From assembly GCF_000181795.1 (NCBI RefSeq), contig NW_003526944.1:1392498-1456497 (forward strand): 64,000 bases of DNA. The letters run 5' to 3'. Positions 26,742 to 40,525 of this stretch are shown here, one piece after another. Source of the stretch: Trichinella spiralis (taxonomy: Eukaryota). Both the position numbers and the translations under genes were made by a program. Within the stretch, counting starts at the first letter, position 1. Each line of letters starts with the position of its first letter. The notes below the pieces were generated by a model. The model saw nothing but the letters and a program-made list of their open reading frames with translations, had not been told where the DNA came from and made no database searches.

Positions 26742-29700
26742 ATGGCATCCCATATGCGACGTCCAAATACCAATGCTTATAGAAGTCGACTTGTTTATGG
26801 CGCAAAGAGCTCGAGCACAAATCAGTGAGAATTCTACTTTTGTTGTTATCTTTCATTTTTAAGATGATTACATCGTAATAGTAATTAATTTTCAGCTATT
26901 TAAAAATGTAGAAAATTTTTAATAGTTTTTAATTCTTGTCTTTATTTTTATATTTTGAATTAGTATTGTTATTGAAGAGTACATAGGCATGCGGTAAAAG
27001 ACATGAAAAATTCATACTTTATTTCCTTAATTATAATGATTTGTATTACCATTGAATGTATCGTACACCTATTTATGAAATTATTTAGATTGCGAAATGT
27101 ATTTAAAATAATATTATTGCGTGTTTGGTTATTTTTGAAAAATATATTTTTTTCTGTATTAGAATAATTTATGTCAGCAGCATGCGTGTTTAATATTTTG
27201 TTTGGAAGATAAATTTTGGAATTTTGTGTAATTTTGTTTAGACCAACAACCAGTCGTTCCACTGGTGTACGAAGAACGGTGAATAAAAGTGTTTTTGAAC
27301 GCATCAGCGGACGACTGAGCGTATCAAAAAGACAAAAAAACACTGCTGCTACCGCGCGTGCTAGTGGTTGGACAAGGATAACTGTACGAACGAAATCGAT
27401 TTGTTTAATTGATATTGTTTAATTTAATTTGTCTTCAAGGTGAGAAATGGAAAAGATTTATCAGAAAGTGAAATTATCGCTGCTTTGGAAGATTTTTTAA
27501 AAAGTCCTGTCCATCCGTTTTGCATTTCAAATTTGGACAATGGTGATGTTACGTTTTATGTGCGCAAAAGCGAAGAAGGAAGCGCAATTTTATCTGCTTC
27601 ACGTCGTGCTACAACGTCATCTGGGAGAAAAGTAAACAACAAAACATTAAAGCAGCTCATTTCTATTTGAAATTTTTAAGATTTGTATTTTCCATTGATA
27701 TTTTTTAATTTATTTTTTGTATTTTGCTTTTACTGATTTGTTAAATCAATATCAGTTGATGAAGAATTCCGGTTTTTTACGTTTTTGACAGTAATTGGGA
27801 GTGGATGAAAAGTAATTTTAGACTGATGACAGAGAAATGATAAATTTCTTTTCATCATTTTAGTTAGTTATTGAAACTCAGTCAGCTTCACCACCATGTA
27901 TTGAATTGGTTGATGCGGATAAAGAGGTGTTGAGGCAAGTATTGGATTCGTTGTTTTGTGCTGGAACGCATCATTTAAATTTGGGATGCTTCTCCCAGAA
28001 TACAGGTATTATTTTTTGTTATACAATTTGAAAATTTTAATTTCTGAAAGTTTTTTTTTGCAGTAATTCGCAACCATCGCGAATACATGCCTGTCAATCG
28101 CAACAGCGTGATGTTGGCAATTGCAACTTTGTTATCCGAGCAAGGCGGTTTAATACATTCTATAGACTTGTCGAACAATCGTCTTCGGTATTTGGACTAT
28201 TTGGCAAATTTAGTCTCATTCACGAGAAATGTTATTGCGCTGGATCTTAACGAAAATCAAGTAAGTTGTGAATGAAAGGAAGGAAAATGGACATTGATTA
28301 CATGTGTAAATTAATTATTTGTTTCCATTTTTCTGTTTAGGTGGATTCAGTGGATGAGTTGCGTAAGCTGAGTGGTTGGAAGTTGAGCCAGTTGAATATA
28401 AAGCAAAATCCATTCTATAAACATTTTAAATCAGAATCGGAGTATCACAGGTTTGTTTTTGTTCGGTTTTTTGTTTTATTTGTTTTTTTCCGGCTGCACC
28501 TCGACGTTGACGTTGTATTTTGGTTGTCTCTACGTCCAGGCGACTTTACACTTTTAGTTGCAACGGTTGTAGAGATTGCACAGCAGTCTTTAATGACATC
28601 ATTGTCATTTCTACCAAATGATCTTATACTTATAGAGCCATGCTATCAGTATTTCCCCAGCTGACTTTGCTTGTGAGTGTATTGTTTTTTTGTGTTTGTT
28701 TGTTTGTTTTTTTAAACATATGTAATTTATTTAACTTAGGATGGTGTACCTGTGGTAAAAGAGGAGACGGTGAATTTTGGTCTTGATGTACCAACTGCAT
28801 CTGCAGCACAAATAAACTGGCCTCCAGCGTTGGTAACATTTTTTGCATCTCTTTTCACCAACCACTGATGGTCATATTCATTCTAGTTATGACAGCTGAT
28901 ATTATAAATTTTCGGCACTTTGTCATACGCGTTAATTTTCCGTTAAAAAATTATTCATCTTGTTATTTAGGGAAGTTTTCTCGTCAATGATGAATTGAAA
29001 GACTTGTTAATTCGATTTTTTATGGAATACTATAGCTGTTTTGATAGCACAGAAACATCCCAGCGTGAAAAGCTTTTGCATGCTTACACAAAAACGGTAC
29101 AAATTTACAATTCCGGCAGTTGAATATTGATTTTAATATTTCTATTTATTTCTTTTAGTCGTTATTTTCTTTAACGGCCGACGTATCTTACTCGACTAAA
29201 GATTGGTAGAATGAGATCCGTTACTTGTATAGAAGTATTGTTAATTCTTTCTTCCTTATTATCATATTTAGTGTCAAGCAAAGAACTGCATTGAGAAATT
29301 TATACCGAGACAGTCATAACATTGTTCGAATTTCTGTATGGAAATCGTTTCGTGACAGACTGGTGAAGCGAGGACATATGAATATTGTTGGCCATTTGTC
29401 GTCCGCATTTCCACGCACTCAACATGATCCATCGTCATTTTTGCTCGACATCTTTTTCGTTTCTGTAAATAGGTAGTATTTTATAATCAGTTTACAAATT
29501 GAGAATTATTTATTAGGGAGATTTGATTGGCTGTTGTATGAATGGTTCGATGAAAATGATCTCTGAAGGGGAGCCGGACGTTTTCTTGCTATTTACCCGC
29601 AGTTTTATTTTACGTCGTGTAACAGCACAAGGGTAAGCAAGGAATTTTTTGAAATATAATTAAATATAATATATATTTTTTCTAATTTTTATTTTCCAAT

Positions 29701-30143
29701 TTCAGACTTTGCATAGAGAATGACATGATAAACGTGCGTAATGTCAGTGAAGAAGAATTGCGATCGTACACAACGACAGTACAGAATGCTTTGAATGCCC
29801 CACCCCAAGTTAATCAGCAAATCGGACAAATAACTGCACCTTCGGCGTCCACTGATACGTCTGTTAATTTGGGTTCTCAAGTTGCACAATCGCCAGTTGC
29901 TATGGGAGAATTGCTTAGCAGAGAAACGAATTTGCGGTTGGAATGGGCAATGAAGTGAGTTTATACGTTTTGGTTGTTCGGTCAACTTTTGGCATTGGAA
30001 TTGTTTATTAATTTTTATCCGAATTTTTTTCTCCCTCGTGTAGATGTTTGGAAGATAACGGGTGGCAATACAATGATGCAAAAAATGCTTTTTTTCGACT
30101 GCTGGAACAAGGAAACGTACCCCCGCAAGCTTTCATAAATTAA
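26742..30143 (+). CDS. NXF1: Nuclear RNA export factor 1 (TAP/NXF1): RRM, LRR, NTF2-like and UBA (TAP-C) domains
   Basis: GWTRIT|VRNGK (RRM), HSIDLSNNRLRYLD (LRR), EYHR|AMLSVFPQLTLL|DGVP, RFFMEYYSCFD, FPRTQHDPSSFLLD, IENDMINV, and UBA ETNLRLEWAMK|CLEDNGWQYNDAKNAF..GNVPPQAF. Start exon at 26742 inferred from splice phase. Confidence 0.93.
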
Positions 30144-31884
30144 ATTCATTTTTCTTCTGTAATTAATTTTCCTTTTTGCAACCGAAATGTATTGTAAATG
30201 ATGAGTTAGTTGCATGCTTTGTTTATTATTTATTTTTGTTTTTATTTTTGTAAAATATGTTGTAGGTTACTGAATGTGTTTTTTAAAAGATAATTTTTTT
30301 GGAGACTAGTAATTTTTTTAACGTTTAATTTTCATTTAATTTTTTCTTTTGTTGTCGAAAATGAGCAAAGTTTTCTGTCTCTCTGCTCGTTAGTTTTTTT
30401 TTACTACTTTTGGACGGGGCCTCTGAGAAAGAATTGTAATCAGTGTTACTAGTTGGTAAATGGCAATTGGAAACCAATCGACATTTGTTCGAAGTGAAAA
30501 CTGATATTCAGAATAAATATTCAGAAATTTCCATAATTAATGGAATTTCGAAGAGCATTGTGTATTCTCAAAAGAGCGGAAATTTTTATCACAGGCAGCA
30601 TTATCACTCATTTATTTGGGTGACAATGGGTTGCCGATGGATGGAAATTGTTGCGTTTGTTGTACATGGAACAAAATTTTGCATTATTGGGAAGCAGGCC
30701 AAATTTTTTGCTGAAAAAAATTCAATTGGAAAAAATGGAACGAAACAATTCATATATAATGAGGAGAATGGTGATTTTCCAGTTGATGCTTTTTCGCAAA
30801 GCTTGGTCGAATGTACATACCATCACAGCTGTGTGCGTACAAACGAAGCAGACGATGGTTGTTTGCTTCTTGTTTTTGAAATTGGATTCGTGTTTTCATT
30901 TTACAAATAGTCGATTTCTTTCCATTTATGCCTGAACTGCTGAACACTGAATAAGTATATTGGTATCCCAAGTGAATTTTATTTTATTTTATTTTATTTT
31001 ATTTTAGTTGCTTATTTTTGTTTAATTTATCTCCGATCCCCCAACCCACCTTCGCCCGTATATTTTGTCTGAATTTGATAAGCTGTACCTTCTGCCGTAT
31101 TGTTTGACTTTCAGTTGAATATTTTTTTCTCTAATAATATCATCTTCAGTTTCAATTATTAATTATTAAATGTGTTCATTTATTGAATGTTGTGAAAGTT
31201 TGTGACTTTGTTAATATGTATTTTGTTTTTGAAACTTTGCCCAGTAAAACTGTTAATAAGGAGACAAAACAGTGTAAATAAAAATAGATTGGAAAATGAA
31301 CTGCGTAATCATCTGCCTTTTGCAAATTTTCATTACGTTACCAACGCCTATACGATTTCGTCTTTCAAATATTAAATAATAACATATTTATAAATAAAAA
31401 ATTGCATTATTTTTTTTAATGCATTCCAAAATTTGTATGTTTATGTCAAACACTGAGCTAAATAATTTTAAGATATAATTCTTTATCGTATACCTAACCT
31501 ATCGATCATTTACAGTTTGACCTTTTGACCGTAATCAGTTGTCCTCTAGATTGTGTATGTGCATTTGTGATTTCTGTGCTTTTCTTTGCCAAACTTTTTA
31601 ATTCATTTTTTAGAATAAAACACATGAATATAAAATAACATGTTTATTAATGAAATACTGATACTGAAAAATATGAAGTTGCAGCAGATTAGGAGTAAAA
31701 AATGCATGAGCAAGTTCATTCGTGCATATATAGATAACATCAATGAACTATAACAAGATTTGCATAACTGGAACACGTGCAAATTCAATGAGATATGAGG
31801 ATAAATAACAAGGCAATCATGGATATGTAAATTCTATCAAAGAAGGCTAGTCTGGCAGCAGTGCTGATAAGGTTAATAATAATA

Positions 31885-33822
31885 TCAGACAGAAGGCATA
31901 ATGTTTTCTTTGCTGCGCGCTCGGCAAATCTCTTCCAAAACTTTGCTCATTGTCTTCTTCACTCTCAACGCACTCAGTCGCACTGTCGGCTGTGGATGCC
32001 AACATTCTACAGTAAGACGGCCAAGGGCGCAAAGCACATCATCATAGGTCCAGTTAGCTGTTATCGGTGGTCGAATTTGGTCCAAGCATACAATTCGGCG
32101 CATTTCGTCAAAACTTGGATCAGACGGTACCAAATCTTCATATGGTACTTTATAGGGTTCTGAAAAAGCAGCAGCTTTCAAGTAAACACAGCATTGTGAT
32201 AAGAAACACTAACCTCCTGCAAATTTGTTTCCCATTTCCCACAACACCAAGCCAAATGAATACATGTCTGCTTGTTTATAGCTCTCAAAACAGTTGCTGT
32301 TAATCGATTCGTCCAATACTTCAGGTGCCATGTATCGTTTAGTACCAACACGAGGATTTGGTCGTATATCAACTGTGCCTGTCTCACTAAATAGAATCAT
32401 GAATGATGTACTTTTAAAAATATTACATTACAAATAAAAAAAATAAAAATTTACCTGACATATCGTACTGACAAGCCAAAATCTGCAATAGCGCATACAC
32501 CGCCTGGTTTCACTAAAATATTTTTGCTTTTGATATCTCTGTGAGCGATTGCTGGTTTTCCTTTAGTGCCCAAAATTTCAGTGTGCAAATGAGCTAATCC
32601 TGATGCGATTGTATATGCCAGTCGGGCAAGCAGTTCACGATCCAAATATTTGGATTTCAAAAAGTCATGCAAAGAACCCAGTTCATGATAGTCAGTTATC
32701 AATAATAACTGCGTCCAGCTTCCTGTTCCTTTAATGTCAGCAGCAATAAATCCTAAATGAAAAATATATATACACAAACATGAATATTGAATTCAAATGC
32801 GTTCTACCCAAAATATTTTCGTGTCGAAGCATCACAGTTTGATAAATTTCTGTTTCGCGAAACCAAGATGCTTCTTCACATGTATAAAATATTTTCACAG
32901 CTACTGTCTCGCCCCTCCATTTGGCTTTCCATACTTCTCCATATCGACCTTTGCCGACACTTTTCAGCATTTGCAACTGCCTGGCAATGGTACGCTGAAC
33001 TAACAAAGGTACGCCAGAACCGCTGCCCGAACTTTGTTCAATTAAATCAGTTAATGTGCTGTTTTCTTCAATAAACTGGTAATCTTCATCCTTATTAGCA
33101 CCAAAAATCTTCTGATTTGACCACAGAAATAATTTCGGTCGTCGACTTAAAGTTTTCAAATTATAAAAAAGACAAAAAGCTAGTAGAAAATCGAAACTAA
33201 AATATACCGAAGCCAAGTCACTACTGCAAAAGCAAGAAACGAAGACAGCAGCAAAATGATGGTGATTATGCAAAGCAAAAATGTCAGTGAACTTGTAAGA
33301 TAATTTTCGTCATCTAAAAAAACAATATTTTCAATAAAGGCAGACATCAAAATTTTAATAAACCTATAGTTTCGTTGACTGGAAACAAATATGTAGGTGT
33401 AATGTTCAAATTGCAATAGTCGTACTGAAAACAACACTTTATGCTAGCTGGCGAAAAATGTGGAGACAAATGACCATGGCACTAAAGCAAACAATTATGC
33501 AAATATATTTTGCAAAAAAATAATTTACTTGTAAATGTGACCCTCCTTCTTCAGGAGGCAAACAACCATATAAATGCAATGTTTCCATCGATTTTATTTC
33601 TTCATTAAACGCTTCTTTAATTGCATGAAAACACTGTGCGCCAGGTTTTGTCCAACAAGTCTCATTGTAGCAGCCAATTCCATCTGTGCAATAGCAGCGA
33701 ATGGGTTCTGACAGCATGACCATTGATTTAAATTTTCTTAAGGCTTTATCTGCAACAAAAGAAAACAAAATATGCACACAGAAACACAAACACGAAAAAA
33801 ATTTCAAAACATCTCGGATCAA
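31885..33822 (-). CDS. BMP type I receptor Ser/Thr kinase (Thickveins/BMPR1A-B type); true start codon not resolved
   Basis: Cys-rich ectodomain ([18 protein letters not shown]), TM helix, GS box [29 protein letters not shown]45 loop IKGTGSWTQ (ALK3/6/Tkv class), [17 protein letters not shown]. Confidence 0.93.
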
Positions 33823-34829
33823 TGTAGAAATTCAGTGCAACAATTTATTCTACGTTTAAATATGTGTTACTGATAATCTACTTGATCACCAAATATTCAT
33901 TAATCAATATTTATTAACTGACAGCTTTTCGTTGACATTTCTTCGTCATTTTAAAAATATAAGTACAATAAAAGATTTCACAGATATCAATTAAGACAAT
34001 GCTACAGTATGAAATTAAAAAGGTTAGTTAAAAAAACATTATTGCAATGCAACGCACATTATGGTAAAATTTATTTTTTTATTTTTATTAAAAATTTAAT
34101 TTAAATGAATATAGGCATTTTTCTTTTTAAAAAGTGAAATTAAATAAAACTGCGAAATAATTCATCAGAATGTTCATTTGACTTTTAGTTAAGCGCTAAA
34201 ATAACTACAGTGCATTTTGTAAGCATTTTCTCAAAGTTTAATTTTATTATTACTTTTTGAATGTATTTACATTTCTTGTTAAGCTTTATTTAATAATTTA
34301 ATTTGAATGTATGGTTGCGCAATTGTACTTATTTATCTTTTACAACATACTGACGTGTACATTTAAGAATTGTCTTGGTTTTAGTTTTAAGAAATTGCAA
34401 AGTGTTTATAATTCTTGATTATTAATTCAAAATATTTATTTAAAATTGCTTTCCGAAAGTTGAACCTCATTGTGAGTAATATACTTTTAGTCTGTTTATC
34501 TTATATTTTAGTGGTAATAACTGTGACGGCCCATGTTTTATTCATTCATATATATGTTGTTGGTACTTCGTAATAAATATTTGAAAAATCTTAATGCATA
34601 AACTTGTAATGACGATGTGGAACATTTTAAAAAATAATTTCTGTAGGTGCTATCATTAAGATAGTATTCAAAAAATTAATAGATTTGCGAATTTAACTTT
34701 GTAATTTTTTGTTGTCGTTTTATGCTTTTTCTTGAATGTCTAAGAAATAAACGACTGAAACATAAAATTTATTCTGATACAGACGACACATGTAGTGTTT
34801 GATTAATTTAGTGTCCGTTGCTCGTATAA

Positions 34830-37800
34830 ATGGAAACTCTGCACGAAAGTATAAATTTTCCGCTAGAAGAAGAGAAGATTCTTCAGCTGTGGAAAAAAAT
34901 AGACGCTTTCAAAACTTGTCAAGAGCGTAGCAAAGGCAGACCAATGTGAGCAATTATTTTTTTCTTATTTTTTGTTCACCAGTTTAAGCATCATTTTTAT
35001 CTATGCTGTTAGATTTTCGTTTTACGATGGCCCACCATTTGCTACAGGGCTTCCTCATTATGGTCATATTTTGGCAGGCACCATAAAAGATACGATTACC
35101 CGCTTTGCTTATCAATCTGGTTTTCAAGTTGAACGCCGTTTTGGTTGGGATTGTCACGGCCTTCCTGTGGTAATTTTATATTATTACGTTATAAGAAATT
35201 GTTTAGCATTATTTTTTCTCGGCTTAAACATTTGCTTTTATATTGATAAATATTTAAATAAGTAATTGTTGTAAATTTATATTTTACTAAAGAATACTAA
35301 ATAAAAAATCCGACAGTTAATTTTAAGGGTGCTGAAAATCTCAGAAAAAGGAAATTATTTCTGTAGTTGAGTAGTTTCCATTTAAATTAAACTTTTGCAG
35401 TTTTATGTGCCTTCCTCTTACAACATGCCTACAAAAACCGTGTTTTTTAAGTAGATGCAATGTTTTCCTTAAAATTTTTTTATTTTGATGTATTTCAGTT
35501 TTTTATGTAGAGAATTTTTTCTACGCCTTTACAATTTAAATTAATCTAAATTTTATCTAAATTTTTAAAATAATTATGTTTTCGAAAATGTTTAAATTCC
35601 CAATTAAATTATATACTTTATGAAGATTTTTATCAGATTGAAAAATTCTACTTTTAGGAATATGAAATTGACAAGACATTGGGATTAGCGGGACCTCAAG
35701 AAATTGAAAAGTTTGGTGTTTCCAAATATAATGCCGAGTGTCGCGCGATTGTTATGCGATACGCTAAAGAGTGGCAAGTATGACATTAAACATAATTGAA
35801 ATTAGTACTTAGATTATTTGAATTAAGTAATTAAGAAAAAAAAATGAGCAATTTCAGCAAGGAAAATTTGCAATTTTTAGTGCATTGTGGAACGGCTTGG
35901 TCGATGGATAGATTTTGAAAATGACTATAAAACTTTATATCCAAGTTTCATGGAATCTGTATGGTGGGTATTCAAACAGCTGTATAACAAAGGTCTTGTC
36001 TACAGAGGTGTAAAAGTGATGCCATTTTCTACTGCTTGCGGGACTCCATTGTCAAATTTTGAATCTGGACAAAATTACAAAGAAGTCGTTGATCCTGCTA
36101 GTTAGTAATTCTTTAATTTGTTTCTCGTTTTGCTGGTTTTTAATGCTTAGCAATGGAAGATTTTCAGTTATTGTAACTTTTCCGCTTGATGAAGATCCAT
36201 CCGTGTCACTGTTAGCTTGGACAACCACACCTTGGACACTGCCAAGTAATTTGGCGCTGTGCGTTAATGCGAACTTGGATTATGTAAAAATCAGAGAACG
36301 AAGTTCTAATCGAATATTCATATTGATGGAAGCTCGATTGAACATCTTATACAAGTCAGAAGAAGAGTACGAAATAATTGAACGTTTTCATGGTCAGTCG
36401 TTGGAAGGGAAAAAATATAAGCCGTTGTTTGAATATTTTGCCCATTTAAAAACGGAATGTAAAGCATTTTCCATACTTTGTGATGGATATGTATCAGCTG
36501 AAAGTGGTACGGGTGTGGTGCACCAAGCACCTTATTTTGGTGAAGTAAGAATTTTGATTTTTAAGATTGGATGATTATTGATAATGAAAGTGTTGACATT
36601 CATTTGAGGATGACTATAGAGTTTGTCTGTTTAATCATGTCATTACAAAGGAAATGAATCCTATTTGTCCTGTAGACAGCAGTGGACGTTTTACGAAAGA
36701 AGTCACCGATTTCCATGGCCAATACGTCAAGGTAATATTGAATATTTGAATTGTTTTTCCATGTCACTGACAGTGCATACGTCGAATAGGATGCAGACAA
36801 AGGTATTATCAAAATGTTGAAAGAAAATGGACGATTGATTCAGTCAAGTACGGTGAAGCATTCATATCCATTTTGTTGGCGCTCTGATACTCCGTTAATT
36901 TACAAGGCGGTTCCATCGTGGTTTGTTAAAGTGGAATTTATGGTTGAACAACTTTTAGCTAACAACGAAAAGACATATTGGTATTAAAATTATTAAAATT
37001 ATTTTATATAAATTATGTAAAGTTTTTTCTTTTGTTCAGGGTTCCTAGTTTTGTGAAAGAAAAACGATTTGCAAATTGGTTACAAGATGCTCGCGACTGG
37101 GCAATTAGCAGAAATCGCTTTTGGGGAACGCCGATCCCGTTGTGGGTTAGTGATGACGGTGAAGAGGTGGTTTGCGTTGGTTCTATAGAAGAACTGCAGA
37201 ATTTGACTGGAAAAAAATTGGAAGATTTGCATCGAGAATAGTAAATTATTTTTATTTTAATACTTATTATTCAAGTACATTTTCAAGACAACATTTTTTT
37301 TCAAATATCCGATTCATTTTAAACCGAAGTAGTTTGTAAATATAGTTTCTACTGCAATAAATGTAATATGAATTAATTATTCACTTATGTGTTTGATGAA
37401 ATTATAATTTTGAATATTGGCTAATTTTTGTAATTAGCGTTGACGTGCTGACTATTGAATCCGTCACTGGACGAGGCATTTTACGTCGTATACCAGAAGT
37501 TTTTGACTGTTGGTTCGAGTCTGGCTCAATGCCTTACGCACAGAAGCATTTTCCTTTTGAAAATTATGGTGAATTTTTGCGCAGTTTTCCAGCTGATTTT
37601 ATTGCAGAAGGTACTTTTTCAGAATACACACATAGTATAATAAGGTATTTTTTAATGGAATTGTTGTTTTAGGCATTGATCAGACTCGAGGGTGGTTTTA
37701 CACTTTGTTGGTACTCTCGACAGCCTTATTTGGTAAGCCTCCGTTTAAAAATTTAATTGTGAACGGTCTGGTATTGGCTGCTGATGGTTCGAAGATGAGT

Positions 37801-40525
37801 AAACGGAAAAAGAACTACCCCGATCCGATGGATATTGTAAATAAATACGGTGCAGATGTGCTTCGGTATTTCATTATTCATTTTATTTTTTTTTATTATA
37901 ATTTTATTTTTTTTTAATTTTAGGCTTTATTTGATCAATTCACCAGTAGTACGAGGCGAGTTTCTGAAATTTCGAGAAGAGGGTGTGAGGGACCTCTTGA
38001 AGGATGTTTTCTTACCATGGTACAACGCTTATCGATTTTTTTTCCAGAATGTATCTCTTTATGAGATGGTAAGTTGCGACTGATTTTAAAGCAGTATAAT
38101 AATAGTTATTGTTGTTAATGTTATTTTAACATTAACGTTTTAAGAAGCATGGAAAACGATTCACAGCCAAATTAATTACACCAACGAATATTATGGATCG
38201 ATGGATATTGTCGTTTACCTACAATTTGGTAGCATTTGTTAAAGAAGAAATGAAAGGTATGCTATTGTTTTATTTAAATTTAAAAGTTTTTCTGAAGTGT
38301 TGTTTTCGTTGAGTAATATAGCATATCGATTGTATACTGTTGTGCCGAGACTTGTCAAATACGTCAACATGTTGACCAATTGGTATGTGCGGATGAACAG
38401 AAAGCGCTTAAAGGTATTTATTTGATGAAATGTTCAATCATTGGTCTAGAATTTATTTTTACTTTACAGTTTTTTTATTAAGGGTGGTTTTGGAGAAGAG
38501 GAAAGTTTGATTGCTTTAGAAACATTATGCCAAGCATTGTTGCTGTTGGTACGTTTGATGGCTTCGTTTACGCCTTTCATTACTGAAATGATGTGGCAGC
38601 GACTGAAAGCTGTTTTGGATCCTCTTGCAGAATTGAAGCCTGAAGATTCAATACATTATGTGAAAATACCTGATGTTGAGTAAGCGATGTAAAGTTAATT
38701 ATATAATGGAATGTATTTTTCTTTTACATTTAGTCGTTCGATGATTGATGAAGATGTTGAAAATCACGTAATTACAATGCAAAGTGTGGTGGAAGTTGCC
38801 AGAGTAATACGTGATCGGCATGCATTACCTACAAAAGTATTTACAAGAATTTAATTATGTTGCGGATTGTTTTTTCTTTTGTTTTCTCATTGTACTTGTT
38901 GCGTAGTATCCAATCAAGGAGGTAGTGTTGGTTCATCATGATCTGAGGGTTCTGGATATGGCACAAAATATGCGCAACTACATTTTGGACGAAGTGAATG
39001 CACGTTCAATGATGGTATCGGTTGATAAAGCAAAATGGGGCATACGCAGTGCTGTGGATGTAAATTTGAAGCTTTTGGGTGCTCGTTTGAAGAAGGATTT
39101 GAAGCCAGTAATGGATGCACTTAAAGTATGCATTTTATTTCTGATTGTTTTTTCTTTATTCATTGTGAAATCTTTGCTTTGAAGGCTATATCTGCAGATG
39201 ATATATGCAGTATGATGGAACTGGGGCCAATAAATATTTTGGGATATGAAATTTTTCGCGAAGAATTGCAAATCAAATACGTACTAGGCGACACTGACGT
39301 GAAAGATTATCAAGCACACAGCGATGGGCGACTTATTGTTTTGCTGAATGTTAGTCGAGATGAAAGCATGCATGAAGAAGGTTTAGCAAGGGAAATGGTG
39401 AATCGCATTCAGAAGCTTCGTAAGAAGGTTTGCATATCTCTTTTAATATATAAGGATTAAAAATGTATACATGCTTGAAAATTTACATTTAGGCGAAGCT
39501 GCTTCCACAAGATGATGTGATGATTAAGTGTGAGCTCGTAAGTGGAGGAGACTCTTCAAAAGTGTATTCAAGTCTCTGTCGGTGGCGCGAATTTATGGAA
39601 CAGAGTTTAAAACAGCCTATTGTTTTTCTCGAATCACCTCAAACAGAATCAGATCATTTACTGATAATCAAAGAAAATGTCACCGTGAAAGGTTGTGTCA
39701 TTTGTGTTTGCATATTTTCAAGAAGTGCAAAACCTTCTCAGCAGTCATCACAACTCTTTTGCCCTTACGTTGATGTGGTAGATTCATCAGGACGATGTGT
39801 TCGTATATTGCTGGAGAATCCAGTTGGAAGTGGAATGATCACAATGTGTAGACTTCGAAACGAGGCAAGTTGAAATTGGATTAATTTCACATTTACTATT
39901 TATATGATGTTCTGGGCGTTTTTTTAACTGGTGCTAAAGTTTTTATGTACTTGTTTTCTACATAATTCACTTACTAATTTAAATTGAATTATAACTGTAA
40001 ATTGTACTTTTTATTATGATCAGAATATGAGCATGATATACTGATTTTGTTTTATGTTTAGAATTTAACAAATTAAATGTTTGTAGATTCGAACTACCTT
40101 TTGTTTATGGAATGAGTCATCCATTACTTTATATAAGGATAAATTATTTCAACAATTGCTCGTTCCAACTGATGATACCAAGCAGCTGAATTCAACAACC
40201 ATTTACGTACGAGCGGCGTCTTCCAGTAACTTGCCTGCTGTAACGTGGATCAACGTGCTAATTGATACCACATGCAAGGCTTGTTTGACTTTGTTGAATC
40301 CTAACCAAAGTGTCACTGTTGGCTTGCTGAAAGCAAAGGTTTTTTGAATTTATTTTCGTTTTTCTTTTTAGCAGGAATTAATTTTTTTAGTTGAAAGAAT
40401 TCTTCCCTTTCTTAAATGCTCAGAATATAGAAATTTTGGATGCATCTTCGAAAATTTACAAAGATGACACTGCATTAGATGTGAGCAGTATTGTTGAACA
40501 GCCGCTGTTGGTGAAGTGTTGTTGA
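34830..40525 (+). CDS. IARS1: Cytoplasmic isoleucyl-tRNA synthetase with C-terminal extension
   Basis: [16 protein letters not shown] (HIGH motif), [63 protein letters not shown] (KMSKS motif). C-terminal LLENPVG block resembles the UNE-I extension. Confidence 0.97.

Noticed and set aside
30443..30971. 155-aa and overlapping ORFs downstream of NXF1
   Set aside because: Non-ATG starts, no domain similarity and no convincing exon chain. Probably UTR or intergenic sequence.
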